Assembly (NCBI GenBank): GCA_964646205.1
Contig: CAZYAZ010000005.1
Coordinates: 17,791-81,790 of the forward strand
DNA: 64,000 bases
Direction of reading: 5' to 3'
DNA from: an uncultured Planctomycetaceae bacterium
GTDB lineage: Bacteria; Planctomycetota; Planctomycetia; Planctomycetales; Planctomycetaceae
Shown: piece by piece, positions 26,622 through 36,571 of the stretch
Layout of the letters: each line of letters starts with the position of its first letter
Position numbering within the stretch: position 1 is the stretch's first letter
Notes under the pieces: model-generated
The model's input: only the letters and a program-made list of their open reading frames with translations
The model's database searches: none
Told to the model about the DNA's origin: nothing
Made by a program: the position numbers and the translations under genes

Positions 26622-29075
26622 CTACTCGACAATTTGCAATTGCAGAAAGTGGCTGCCGTGGTAGAGGGCTTCGTCCTCGAGCACACCGACAGCGTAGACC
26701 CTCAGGAAGGCGCGTTGTCCCAGGGGGGCGTCGTCGCTGGCCACAACCTGGATCGCTCCGGTCTCGGTTTGCCCGACAAACGTGACGCCCCGGCCTCGCA
26801 GGCCTCCAACCTTGGTGACGGTTCCGGGAGCGGCCAGTTCGGAATGGATCTTGTTGATAAAACCGTTCAGCCGACGGACCTTGTACTTGATCTGTGCGAT
26901 CTGGCCTCGCTTGATGGTCCTGGGGTTATACGGATCGAGCGTGACCTGGAACATGGGTTCGTGGACATCAAAAACGACCGGGTTGCTGGAGACAGTGACG
27001 GTCTGGGTTTTCTTTCCGTCTGCCGCCAACACGGTTGTGGTGGCCTGGATGCCCAGCGTGTAGCGGCCGGGGGTGAGCCGAGGCGGCAGGTAGAAGCTGA
27101 TGTACCCCTTGTCTTTTGCAGCGGGGATGGTGGCCGTTCGGTTGGCGATGTCGGGTGGAAGGCCGGTTCCAATCAGTTGGACCTCGGCCCGATGGTTGGG
27201 ATCCTTGCGTTCGACCTCGATGGCCACGTCGAGCACTCCACCGGGGGCGTGCCGTACCTTGAGTTCACCATAGAGTTGATGGACACGGGTCTCGTGTCCG
27301 TCAGCGGTGACTCTCAAGGGAGAGTCGCCGGCGATGCCCAGTGCCAGGTCGTGTGCGAGTCGACTCCATCCGGTCGGTCGACCGGCCTGGACGACGGTTC
27401 CGATTCGAGCCGGTCGCCTGGCCGTGTCGGTGGTGTTGGCCAGGGATGACCACAAGGAAAAGCCACCGTTGGCGCGAGCGGCGCCCGGGTCGGCACTGAG
27501 GACAAGTTGGCCGCGCGAGACGCCGGGGCCGAGGAAGACGTCGGGGCAGGAAACGCCGTCGGGGAGGTTGGTGGCCGAGATGCGGATGGACCCGTGAGCT
27601 CCGCGACGTCGAAACGCCACCACATCCAGCAGAGTGCGGCCGCCCGGGGCGACGTTGAGGCTACGTGGGCTGGTGCCGGGAGAAATCACCGCCACGTCGG
27701 CTGTGGGGACTTCCCGTCGTAGCGAAAGCCTGTACGCACGGCGGGGTTCAGGGTGGATGCCTGCACTCCGGTTGTAGATCACGACTGTGTAGCGTCCGTC
27801 AGCGGGTGCCAGGAAGCGACCGGAGGGGTCGGAGTGTCGCGTCGGTAGGCCGAGACCACCGAGGTTCCGTGGGTCACGACGGCAACGCAGAAGCTCGTTT
27901 TGGCCCGCGGCATCAAGGACCGAGGCAGCCAGATGCACCGGAGACCCCATGCGTTCCCCGATCAGCTCGATATAGACCGCCTCGCCACGACGAGCCTCGA
28001 AGGAATACCAATCCTTTTCGTCGGCGGCGACCAGGCGTCCTCCGGCCTCACAGGGAATCTTGACCTGCTGTGCGGTGGCCGGAGAGTGATTGTCGTTGTT
28101 CTCGGTCACGACCGGAACATCGGTGATCCCGATCAGGACCGGTGCATGGGCGCCCGGCAATTGAAAGGCGATTGCGTCGAAGGGAGCCTGGGCCGCCGTC
28201 ATCTGGATTGGCAATGGCCAACCGGGGTTGGTGCTTTCCGCGGGAATCTCGACGTCGATCCGGTCCAACGCCGGGTAGGGAGCGTCTGTACGATTGGCCA
28301 GGTTCCAGCCGAGAAGGGTGACGCGGGCCGACTGGCCCCGTCGGATCACTCCGGGCACGGCCAACGCCACTCGTGGGCCGGTGTCGATGTCGAGCCTGTA
28401 CGTGTGGTTGGCACTGCCGGTGTAGGTCAGGTCGTGCAGGCGGACGATGTAGTCGCCATTGTCGGGCACCCGGAAGTCGATCAGTGGGTCGATGCCGTAG
28501 TAGCCTCGGCTGACCTTCAACAGGCGGCCATCGGAGTCGAAGAGTTGCAGGATCGGGTGCAGTTTTGAGTCGATGCGTTCGGCCCAGCATTCCAGGATCA
28601 CTCGTTGTCCCCGTGTGGCGGTGAACCGGTAGCAATCCTGGTCTCCGGCTTCCAGGATCTGGCCATTGACAGTCGAGTTGATTGGGACTGGCCTGGCGGT
28701 CGGTGGTGTGCTGTTGGGCTCCTGTTCGAGAACTTCACGCCGATTCCCGACTTGGAAAGTGCGCGGGTTGCTGACCCCCGCCGGCCCGGCCAGCCGGATT
28801 TCGTAAAGTCCCGGAGCCGTGGTTTTTGGGATCGTGATTCGAAAAAGGCCGGCCTTGTCAGTGCTGACACGTTCGGCTTGCAGTCCGGGTGCCGAGGATC
28901 GCAACTCGATCTGTTTGTCGATGCCACTCCCGGTCAATGTCACCGAGACGGTTGATCCGGCCCGGCCGCCGGCCGGCCACGCGGTGGTGACCACCGGGTT
29001 GGGTGGAGCCGCCTGGAGCGGACAGACCGCCAGAAAACCCAGGGCGAGTGACGTCAGAAAGGTGGACGAGTGCAT
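26622..29075 (-). CDS. secreted protein with two PPC-like domains plus Ig-like repeats (paralogue of 21654..23891)
   Basis: Signal peptide MHSSTFLTSLALGFLAVCPLQA. PPC-like units: GDQDCYRFTATRGQRV...NGDYIVRLHD and DEKDWYSFEARRGEAV...DGRYTVVIYN. The stop lies 4 nt before the downstream DUF1501 start. Confidence 0.6.
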   Translation of the reverse strand: MHSSTFLTSLALGFLAVCPLQAAPPNPVVTTAWPAGGRAGSTVSVTLTGSGIDKQIELRSSAPGLQAERVSTDKAGLFRITIPKTTAPGLYEIRLAGPAGVSNPRTFQVGNRREVLEQEPNSTPPTARPVPINSTVNGQILEAGDQDCYRFTATRGQRVILECWAERIDSKLHPILQLFDSDGRLLKVSRGYYGIDPLIDFRVPDNGDYIVRLHDLTYTGSANHTYRLDIDTGPRVALAVPGVIRRGQSARVTLLGWNLANRTDAPYPALDRIDVEIPAESTNPGWPLPIQMTAAQAPFDAIAFQLPGAHAPVLIGITDVPVVTENNDNHSPATAQQVKIPCEAGGRLVAADEKDWYSFEARRGEAVYIELIGERMGSPVHLAASVLDAAGQNELLRCRRDPRNLGGLGLPTRHSDPSGRFLAPADGRYTVVIYNRSAGIHPEPRRAYRLSLRREVPTADVAVISPGTSPRSLNVAPGGRTLLDVVAFRRRGAHGSIRISATNLPDGVSCPDVFLGPGVSRGQLVLSADPGAARANGGFSLWSSLANTTDTARRPARIGTVVQAGRPTGWSRLAHDLALGIAGDSPLRVTADGHETRVHQLYGELKVRHAPGGVLDVAIEVERKDPNHRAEVQLIGTGLPPDIANRTATIPAAKDKGYISFYLPPRLTPGRYTLGIQATTTVLAADGKKTQTVTVSSNPVVFDVHEPMFQVTLDPYNPRTIKRGQIAQIKYKVRRLNGFINKIHSELAAPGTVTKVGGLRGRGVTFVGQTETGAIQVVASDDAPLGQRAFLRVYAVGVLEDEALYHGSHFLQLQIVE

Positions 29076-29244
29076 TGTGTTGAGGGCCCTTTACCAGTCA
29101 CCGCCAGTGTAACTCGGGAGGGACTGTGGACTCAATTGCGAGTGTTTCGTGATCTCCGGGGATCCGGGCCAGTTCCAGGGAAGGCGTTGCCGCGCAGCGG
29201 TAAAAGCCGATAGGATGACAAGGAGTATTACAGGAACAACAGCG

Positions 29245-30702
29245 ATGCTTCGAATCCTTGGTCGACCACTGCGAACCTGCAACGGCATGAGCCGTCGGCA
29301 GGTCTTACAGGTGGGTGGAGCAGGCCTGTTTGGGGTCGGGGCGGAAACGCTTGCGGCGGCTGATGCGGCCGGCGTACTGCAGTCCGCAGCACGAGCCAAG
29401 TCGGTGATGTTCCTTTATCTCTTCGGAGGTCCCAGTCAACTGGAGACTTTCGACATGAAACCCGAATCGCCCAGCACGGTGCGTGGGCCGTTTTCTGCGA
29501 TTGCGGCTCGAACTCCGGGCATGCGGATCTGCGAACACCTGCCACGCCTGGCGGCCTGCTCAGACCGTTACGCGGTGATTCGGACACTCAATCACACTCA
29601 AAACGACCACAATGCAGCCCACATCATTCAAACGGGTTGGCCAATGCCGGTGGCCGAGCGGGGGCCGGCCAACGTCAATGCCGCACCCAATGACTGGCCT
29701 GCGATGGGCTCGGTTGTCTCCTATCTCGATCGACGCCGGGCCTCTTCTCAAAAGGTACCCAGCTACATCTACCTGCCCAATCGGCACGGCGAAATTCAGC
29801 TGGGTGGCCGTTACAACCGGCTGGGGCAATATGCCGGTTGGCTGGGACCGGAATACAACGCCCTGTCGACTCGGATCCGCAAGAAGGCTCACCTGGACAA
29901 TCCCTACTTTCGGGACTGCACCGAACAGGAATTGCAGTTCCAGTTCCGTGGCCTGTCGTTGGGTGAGGGAGTGACACTGGACCGGCTCGACCGTCGTCGC
30001 AGCCTGTTGGAACAATTCGAAGGTCAACGGGTGGGGCTCGAGGAATCGGGGAACACGTCGGTCTACGATCGCCATCGACAGTCAGCGCTGGGGATGGTCA
30101 GTTCGACGAAGCTGCGTGAAGCACTGGATATCCGCCGCGAGTCGCCCACGTTGCGCGACCGGTACGGGCGGCACCTGTTTGGCCAGTCCCTGATGGTGGG
30201 CCGCCGTATGGTCGAGGCCGGGTCACGGTTCGTGACGGTTGTCTGGGACATGCCTGACGGAGCCCCTTCGGGGTGGGATTCTCATGAAGGAATGACCGCC
30301 AGTCTGCGGGATCACCTGTTGCCGGGCCTGGACCAGGCGGTGTCGGCTTTGCTGGCAGACATGCACGACCGCGGATTGCTGGACGAGACCCTGGTGGTGT
30401 GCGTGGGAGAGATGGGGCGGACACCCAAGTTCGAGAATCGGGGCAGTGCCGACGGCCGAGACCATTGGGGTTACTGTTTTCCAGCTCTGCTGGCTGGGGC
30501 GGGGGTTGCCGGTGGAGTCCTGTATGGGCGATCAGACCGAATTGCCGGGCACCCGCTCGATCATCCGGTGAGCCCAGCTGATCTCTCGGCAACGATCTTC
30601 GATTCGCTGGGAGTCGATCCTCATTCGACAATCAGGGACAAGGAAGGCCGGCCGGTTCCTCTGGTTGACGGTGGTGAAGTCGTCCGGGGTCTGTACACCT
30701 GA
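29245..30702 (+). CDS. DUF1501-domain protein
   Basis: MLRILGRPLRTCNGMSRRQVLQVGGAG shows the same Cys-x-x-x-SRR N-terminal pattern seen in the 20332 and 46911 paralogues. AGGAA lies 8 nt upstream. C-terminal block VVCVGEMGRTPKFENRGSADGRDHWGYCFPALLAGAGVAGG. Alternative ATGs at 29215 and 29287. Confidence 0.8.
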   Translation: MLRILGRPLRTCNGMSRRQVLQVGGAGLFGVGAETLAAADAAGVLQSAARAKSVMFLYLFGGPSQLETFDMKPESPSTVRGPFSAIAARTPGMRICEHLPRLAACSDRYAVIRTLNHTQNDHNAAHIIQTGWPMPVAERGPANVNAAPNDWPAMGSVVSYLDRRRASSQKVPSYIYLPNRHGEIQLGGRYNRLGQYAGWLGPEYNALSTRIRKKAHLDNPYFRDCTEQELQFQFRGLSLGEGVTLDRLDRRRSLLEQFEGQRVGLEESGNTSVYDRHRQSALGMVSSTKLREALDIRRESPTLRDRYGRHLFGQSLMVGRRMVEAGSRFVTVVWDMPDGAPSGWDSHEGMTASLRDHLLPGLDQAVSALLADMHDRGLLDETLVVCVGEMGRTPKFENRGSADGRDHWGYCFPALLAGAGVAGGVLYGRSDRIAGHPLDHPVSPADLSATIFDSLGVDPHSTIRDKEGRPVPLVDGGEVVRGLYT

Positions 30703-30771
30703 CCGGTCGTGTGTCACCGTCCCGGTCGCATCGTCGTCGACTTCTCGCGTCGCAGGCAATGAAGTCGTTGG

Positions 30772-31716
30772 TCAATTGTTCTCGCCGTCAGTTTCTGGCG
30801 ATGCGTTGCGGAGATGTTCGAGGCTGAGCCGGAGGGACTCGAGTCTGAGTTCCTCGGACCCCTCGAATTCCCGGTCCTCGACCTCGACACACACCGGCCC
30901 GCGGTAACCAGCATCAACCAGCGCGGCCAGGAAGACCGCCCAGTCGATGGTACCGCGGCCGGGCAACACCGGTGTGTGAAATTCAACGGGAGTGGCCAGG
31001 ATGCCGACATCGTCGAGACGTTCACGATCGACGGTGACATCCTTGGCGTGGATGTGGATCAGGCGATCGGAGAATTCAACCAGCGGAGCCAGGAAATCCA
31101 TCATTTGCCAGACAAGGTGCGAGGGGTCGTAGTTGAGCCCGAGGTGAGGAGAAGGGAGATCGGAGAAAAGGCGTCGCCAGACGGTGGGGCTGATTGCCAG
31201 GTTGTGGCCACCTGGCCACTCGTCTCGAGTGAACAGCATTGGGCAGTTTTCGATGCCGATTCGTACGTTGTGCGATTCAGCCCATTCGACCAGAGGCCCC
31301 CATGTGTCCAGGCACCTGTTCCAGTTGTCATCGATTGAGAGCGTGGGGTTTCGGCCGATGAAGGTGTTCATCACCGGGATGTCCAACGCGGCACAGCCTG
31401 TGATGACACGTCGGATGTGTTCAACCGCGGCGGTGGCAGTGGCCTGGTCGGCTGCCAGCGGGTTGGGGTAGAAGCCCAGTCCACTGACGGCGATGCCGGA
31501 ATCTGCAATCTGTGCCTTGAGTTCATCGCCATTGTCGATGGTGTCGACATTGATGTGGGTGACTCCGGCATAACGCCTGTCGGCGTCGCCGGGTGGCCAG
31601 CACATGAGTTCAACGCAGTCGTAACCCAGGTCGCCGGCGGTCGTGAGCACACGATCAAGCGACGCGTCGGGAAGAATGGCACTGACAAAGCCGAGAGGGA
31701 GTTGTGGAGTGGTCAT
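30772..31716 (-). CDS. sugar phosphate isomerase/epimerase (xylose-isomerase-like TIM barrel)
   Basis: [31 protein letters not shown] and VCVEVED are typical metal-ligand positions of the AP_endonuc_2 / xylose-isomerase-like family. Confidence 0.75.
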   Translation of the reverse strand: MTTPQLPLGFVSAILPDASLDRVLTTAGDLGYDCVELMCWPPGDADRRYAGVTHINVDTIDNGDELKAQIADSGIAVSGLGFYPNPLAADQATATAAVEHIRRVITGCAALDIPVMNTFIGRNPTLSIDDNWNRCLDTWGPLVEWAESHNVRIGIENCPMLFTRDEWPGGHNLAISPTVWRRLFSDLPSPHLGLNYDPSHLVWQMMDFLAPLVEFSDRLIHIHAKDVTVDRERLDDVGILATPVEFHTPVLPGRGTIDWAVFLAALVDAGYRGPVCVEVEDREFEGSEELRLESLRLSLEHLRNASPETDGENN

Positions 31717-31789
31717 GATGTGTGGTGAGTTTGATTTTCAAATGCGGGTGGGGTCAGATACTCGGGACAGTGAGTCCGGAGAACAAGCG

Positions 31790-33259
31790 ATGAAATTCCC
31801 AGGCAGGACCGTGGTGACCCTGATTGTGTTCCTGGTGTCGTGGGTGACCGAAACGACCCGGGCAGCAGACTTCAAAGTTCCGGCCGGGCAGAGACAGTTG
31901 TTTCTTGATGATCACGGTATCGCGAAGATCGAGAATCTCAAGCGACGAATGCATCGGCCGGAAAAACAAGGGGCGGTGATTCGCCCGCGGTACCTGACCA
32001 CCAGCGAGCGATCTATCCAGACTCGCAGCGGTCCCCAGTGGGACGCCGAGCGAGGCGTGTATCGGATCTGGTTGTTGTCAAAGGATTGTTACGAGAGCCG
32101 AGATGGTTTGCATTGGGTGCCGACGGCAACACAGCCCACGGAGTCGGTGCAGGGGGCGGTGATCGACCCGGGCGACACCGACTCGTCACGGCGATACAAG
32201 GGGTTGGTTGCCACTGGCGGGAAACGCCTGGTGGTGGTCAGCCCGGACGGCCTGGCGTGGCGACGGTTGGACGTTCCGGCAATCCCGTCTCAGGACGAAT
32301 CGAACCTGAGTTTCGATTCGCAATCCAGGACATTCATTGCGACGGTCAAGCACCGGGGGCCATTTGGTCGCAGCGTCTGGCTTTCGACCAGCAAGGATTT
32401 CCAGAAATGGACGAAGCCCGAACTGATCTTCCATGCCGATGCAAAGGACCAGGAATTGGCCAGGAAGGTGATCGAGCGGCGTGTGGCCGACAAGACGTTT
32501 CAACCCATGCGGTTCGTGGATCCGGAAGTTTACAACGTCCAGGTCTACAACATGGGGGTGTTTCGCTACGAGGGCCTCTATGTCGGGTTGCCGGCAATGT
32601 TTCATTCGACTGGGAAAGTGGACAATTATCCCAACACCGATGGATTCCACCTGGTGCAACTGGCGTGCAGCCGTGATTTGAAGACGTGGCGACGTTTGGG
32701 GGATCGCGAACCGTTTATTGGGCCCTCGCGGCTTGGCTCGGGTGCCTTTGACCTGACACAGATCCTGCCACCCTCGGCTCCCATCGTGCGTGGCGACGAG
32801 TTGTGGTTTTACTACACCGGGCTGAAGTATCGTGCCACGTTCAACTACGAGGGGAAGTATCCCAACGGAAAAATCGTGGTGCTCCCACAGTTCGATGGTC
32901 CCGGTGGGGCCATTTGCCTGGCAGTGCTGCGGCGGGATGGATTCGTGTCGTTGCAGGCCGGGGCGACAACAGGTGTGATGACGACAGAGGCATTTGTGAG
33001 CCAGGGAGAGGAGTGGCACGTCAACGCCCAGTTGGCTGAAGGGGGGCGGCTGGTTGTCGAAGTGATTGATGACACCGGTGCGATTGTGGCAATTTCGAAA
33101 CCGGTGACCGGTGACCATCCCCGTTGGCCAATCCGCTGGGCGCGGGGTTCGGGGCGTGGGCTGGTGAACCAGCGGGTTCGGGCCCGCTTTCATTTGACCC
33201 AGGGCCATTTGTTCTCGTATTGGATGGACAGGGCTGTCGGGAAGCCAAAACGTCCGTGA
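31790..33259 (+). CDS. putative glycoside-hydrolase-like beta-propeller protein with C-terminal beta-sandwich (paralogue family A)
   Basis: Signal peptide MKFPGRTVVTLIVFLVSWVTETTRA. RQLFLDDHGIAKIENLKR near the N-terminus, RRDGFVSLQA at the domain junction and LFSYW near the C-terminus. The architecture is shared with 33321..34937 and 51522..53039. The family assignment is inferred, not searched. Confidence 0.45.
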   Translation: MKFPGRTVVTLIVFLVSWVTETTRAADFKVPAGQRQLFLDDHGIAKIENLKRRMHRPEKQGAVIRPRYLTTSERSIQTRSGPQWDAERGVYRIWLLSKDCYESRDGLHWVPTATQPTESVQGAVIDPGDTDSSRRYKGLVATGGKRLVVVSPDGLAWRRLDVPAIPSQDESNLSFDSQSRTFIATVKHRGPFGRSVWLSTSKDFQKWTKPELIFHADAKDQELARKVIERRVADKTFQPMRFVDPEVYNVQVYNMGVFRYEGLYVGLPAMFHSTGKVDNYPNTDGFHLVQLACSRDLKTWRRLGDREPFIGPSRLGSGAFDLTQILPPSAPIVRGDELWFYYTGLKYRATFNYEGKYPNGKIVVLPQFDGPGGAICLAVLRRDGFVSLQAGATTGVMTTEAFVSQGEEWHVNAQLAEGGRLVVEVIDDTGAIVAISKPVTGDHPRWPIRWARGSGRGLVNQRVRARFHLTQGHLFSYWMDRAVGKPKRP

Positions 33260-33320
33260 TCACGATGGTGCCGGGGTTCGCTAGTCGATGAAAACAACTC
33301 AAAAAAAGGATGGGCGAGTG

Positions 33321-34937
33321 ATGACGGTGAATGAGAACTATGGGGTTTCGAGACGAGACTGGCTCAAGGTGGCTGGTGCAGCCGGCCTGGCAGCGGCGGC
33401 GGCCGGCGAAGGAGGTCCGTCGCTTGCGGAGGACACCACGAACGAGGTGACCAATATTGGTGGACGACGTGAGTTGTTTGTCGACACGACACTGGTTGGT
33501 GACATCAAGGGCCACGCCAGGCTGCAACTCAACCAGCCGACGCCCCAGGAGGTGACCCAGGTCAATGACCGGCCGTGGGAGGGCGCCTCCTGTGCCTACA
33601 TGAAGGTCTTCCGTGACGGGGACCTGTATCGGATGTACTACCGTGGCAGTGACGTGGTTTACACGAAGGAGGGGTTCAGTAGCCCACATCCAGAGGTGGC
33701 CTGCTACGCCGAGAGTACAGATGGTGTCCACTGGGTCAGGCCGGAGTTGGGACTGTTCGAATTTGGTGGGTCAAAGAAAAATAACATCATCTGGATGGGC
33801 GAGGGGTCTCACAACTTCGCTCCGTTCCTGGATGAGAATCCGGCCTGTCCGGCGAACGAGAAGTTCAAAGCTCTGGCTGGCTCGTTTCGCAAGGGGTTGT
33901 GGGCTTATGTCTCGGCCGATGGCAAGAAATTCAGGAAGATCCAGCAGAAGGCCGTAATCGCCAAGGGGGCCTTTGATTCTCTGAATCTCGCCTTCTGGGA
34001 TTCACTGGCGGGAGTGTATCGCGAGTTCCATCGGGATTTTCGAAAAGGTCGAGACATCCGCACCGCGACATCGAAGAACTTTGTTGATTGGTCGGAGAGT
34101 CGTTTTTTGGATTACACACCCCAGACTTCGCACGGGCCGCGTCCCAAGTGGTTGCAGCCGGTGAAAGATGACGATCCCAACAACACGCAACCGGGGCGTG
34201 TGAGCCAACTCTACACCAACCAGGTGATTCCCTATTATCGCGCTCCTCACATCTACCTGGGTTTTCCCACTCGGTATATCGACCGTGGCTGGAGCTATTC
34301 GGCCACGCAGTTGCCGCGGTATGACTACCGCAAACTTCGGGGGGCAAAGTCCCGTCGAGAGGGGACGGCGGTGACCGACGGGATGTTCATGGCCAGTCGC
34401 GACGCGACCTCGTTTCGCGTGTGGCCTGAATCGTTCATTCGGCCTGGCCTGCGGGCCGAACAGAGTTGGTTTTATGGGGACGCGTACCAGAACCACGGGC
34501 TGGTCGAGACAGCGTCGCAATTCCAGGACGGTGGCAACGAGTTGTCCGTCTATGTCAGTGAAAATTCCAACCAGAATCACCCTGGGCAATTTCGTCGCTA
34601 CACGTTGCGGATCGACGGTTTCGTGTCATTGACGGCACCCCTGGAAGGTGGCGAATTGGTGACCACGCCGATCCGGTTTCAGGGGAACCGGTTGTCACTG
34701 AACACCTCGACCTCTGCGGCCGGCACGGTGAGGGTGGGAATCGAGGGTGTGGACGGCAAGCCGGTGCCCGGCTATTCCGTTGAGGAGGCTCATCCGTTGT
34801 ACGGCGACTCGCTTGATCTGCAGGCGGCCTGGAAGGCCCGGGGGGCTGACGTGGGGGCGCTGGCCGGTAAGACGGTGAGGCTGCGGTTCCGCGTGCAGGA
34901 CGCTGACGTTTACTCGTACCGGTTCGAGTCGGTGTAA
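33321..34937 (+). CDS. putative glycoside-hydrolase-like beta-propeller protein, Tat signal (paralogue family A)
   Basis: MTVNENYGVSRRDWLKVAGAAGLAAAAAG is a Tat signal. RRELFVDTTLVGDIKGHARL, WEGASCAYMKVFRDGDLYRMYYRG, RIDGFVSLTAP and terminal VRLRFRVQDADVYSYRF. Alternative ATG at 33288. Confidence 0.45.
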   Translation: MTVNENYGVSRRDWLKVAGAAGLAAAAAGEGGPSLAEDTTNEVTNIGGRRELFVDTTLVGDIKGHARLQLNQPTPQEVTQVNDRPWEGASCAYMKVFRDGDLYRMYYRGSDVVYTKEGFSSPHPEVACYAESTDGVHWVRPELGLFEFGGSKKNNIIWMGEGSHNFAPFLDENPACPANEKFKALAGSFRKGLWAYVSADGKKFRKIQQKAVIAKGAFDSLNLAFWDSLAGVYREFHRDFRKGRDIRTATSKNFVDWSESRFLDYTPQTSHGPRPKWLQPVKDDDPNNTQPGRVSQLYTNQVIPYYRAPHIYLGFPTRYIDRGWSYSATQLPRYDYRKLRGAKSRREGTAVTDGMFMASRDATSFRVWPESFIRPGLRAEQSWFYGDAYQNHGLVETASQFQDGGNELSVYVSENSNQNHPGQFRRYTLRIDGFVSLTAPLEGGELVTTPIRFQGNRLSLNTSTSAAGTVRVGIEGVDGKPVPGYSVEEAHPLYGDSLDLQAAWKARGADVGALAGKTVRLRFRVQDADVYSYRFESV

Positions 34938-34972
34938 CACAGGCAGGGGGTTGTGTTGGCGCGTTGGCCCTG

Positions 34973-36571
34973 TCACCTGCTGAATCGTCGGATGACATTG
35001 GCGGTGATTGCGGCGACGGCGTCGTCAACGAGGATTGAGGCGGGCCAGGCGATGGAGCCGACCGAGAACACTTCGCCGCCGGAGGGTGTGTCGAAGTGGA
35101 CGATCTCTGCTCCTCCCTCGTCAGCGTTGGTGCCTTTTGCGATCAGGTGAACGTTGGCTGGAGATTGGTCAGAGATTTTGTCGGTTTCGTGTCCCGAGGC
35201 TCCACCGGGAACTCGTTTGTGCAGGCTGTCGGCGCCGAACGTGTCGTCCTTGGCCAGTCCGGTGCCTTCGAGTGTCCAGTGATCAGCATCGATCACCCGG
35301 TACGGGGCGGCGGTCATAATGCCGGGGAAAGAAAAGACGACACCCAGGAGGTTGGCTTCTGACTCGACTCGCTTGTCGAACCGGCTTTCGTATTCGGATC
35401 CATCGTCCTTGAGTTGTGGTTTGGTATGGCTCCAGTTGGTGTTGTGGTGAACCACGCGGTGGTCATCGAGAAATTCGATTTCACAATTGAGCCCATTGCC
35501 ACCAAGGTACATCAACCGGCCCCCACGTTCGAAGACCCACTCCTTGACCCGGAGGTACATGTCACGAGACCAATATTCCGGGTGGGTACTGATGATGAGC
35601 ACCTTGTAATTGTCCAGGGGCACCTGGTCGAAGTGCAGATGTGTCTCGCCGTAGTAGTCGTAGTCGAATCCTTGTTGTTCCATCCATCCGAGCAACCGCC
35701 ATTCGGCCGAGGCCATGTGGCAACCCTGTCGCCCACCAATCGGGTCGGTGAGGTTTTCGTCGAGATCAATGTGGTTGTAAGGGTCGGGACGATCGAGAGA
35801 GAGTGGGGCGTACTCGTCCTGGTCATAGCTGCTGTGTTCTGTCGCGGTGTACCGTTTCAGCTCGAGCCGCGAGTTGACCGTAGGGGTCGGCGGGAAGCAG
35901 TCCGCGTGAATGTAATTGCTGCGGCCACCAAAACTGTTGTATGCGTTCCAGTTGAGATCGGAGGCCAGCACCGCGACGTCGGCGGTTGGCGTGGTGGGGG
36001 CAACAACCCAGGGAAAGGAAAAGAACGAACCGGATTTCCCGAGTGCGTGCAGGTAGTACAGGCCGCTGCGTTGTGGGGCTTCGACAAATTGTGACATCGC
36101 CTTGCTGTTGTAGCCGTGCTTGTTCCAGTGGACTCCGGTTTGCGTGTAATCTCCATCCGGAGTGATCTGCATCGTGGCGCGGGGGCCGTGTTCGTCGTAT
36201 GTTCCAATGCGTCGGATGTACTCCTTGGACTGGCCGTATCGCCACAATTGAAGTTCGTATTCCTCGACGGCGTGTACCCGAAACTCGCTGAGTTGGCCGC
36301 CCTGGACGCACCTGGGCCACATGTATCCGAGCAATTGGTCTGAGAGCAGCCGGAAGTGGTGGGGAACATCGGGGTTGGCCGTCATGGTGACGATCTTGGA
36401 TCCGTAACCCTCTCGCCCGATGACAACCTCGTAGTCCCCTGGTTCAATTTCGACGTGAACGGCCCCGGAAATCGTTGAGGTGGCAGTGGTGACACTGTCG
36501 CCGCTACGAAATTCGAACAGGACTCCGGGGAGGGCCACATAACGTTCGTTACTGACGTATCCGACAAGCAT
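34973..36571 (-). CDS. N,N-dimethylformamidase beta-subunit-like family protein (N-terminal carboxypeptidase-regulatory-like domain)
   Basis: GYVSNERYVALPGVLFEF...GDYEVVIGREGYGSKIV looks like a CarboxypepD_reg-like domain. VLASDLNWNAYNSFGGRSNY and RLMYLGGNGLNCEIEF resemble the DMFase large-subunit-like family as I recall it. ATG 36571 has AAGGA upstream. The function is unknown. Confidence 0.5.
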   Translation of the reverse strand: MLVGYVSNERYVALPGVLFEFRSGDSVTTATSTISGAVHVEIEPGDYEVVIGREGYGSKIVTMTANPDVPHHFRLLSDQLLGYMWPRCVQGGQLSEFRVHAVEEYELQLWRYGQSKEYIRRIGTYDEHGPRATMQITPDGDYTQTGVHWNKHGYNSKAMSQFVEAPQRSGLYYLHALGKSGSFFSFPWVVAPTTPTADVAVLASDLNWNAYNSFGGRSNYIHADCFPPTPTVNSRLELKRYTATEHSSYDQDEYAPLSLDRPDPYNHIDLDENLTDPIGGRQGCHMASAEWRLLGWMEQQGFDYDYYGETHLHFDQVPLDNYKVLIISTHPEYWSRDMYLRVKEWVFERGGRLMYLGGNGLNCEIEFLDDHRVVHHNTNWSHTKPQLKDDGSEYESRFDKRVESEANLLGVVFSFPGIMTAAPYRVIDADHWTLEGTGLAKDDTFGADSLHKRVPGGASGHETDKISDQSPANVHLIAKGTNADEGGAEIVHFDTPSGGEVFSVGSIAWPASILVDDAVAAITANVIRRFSR

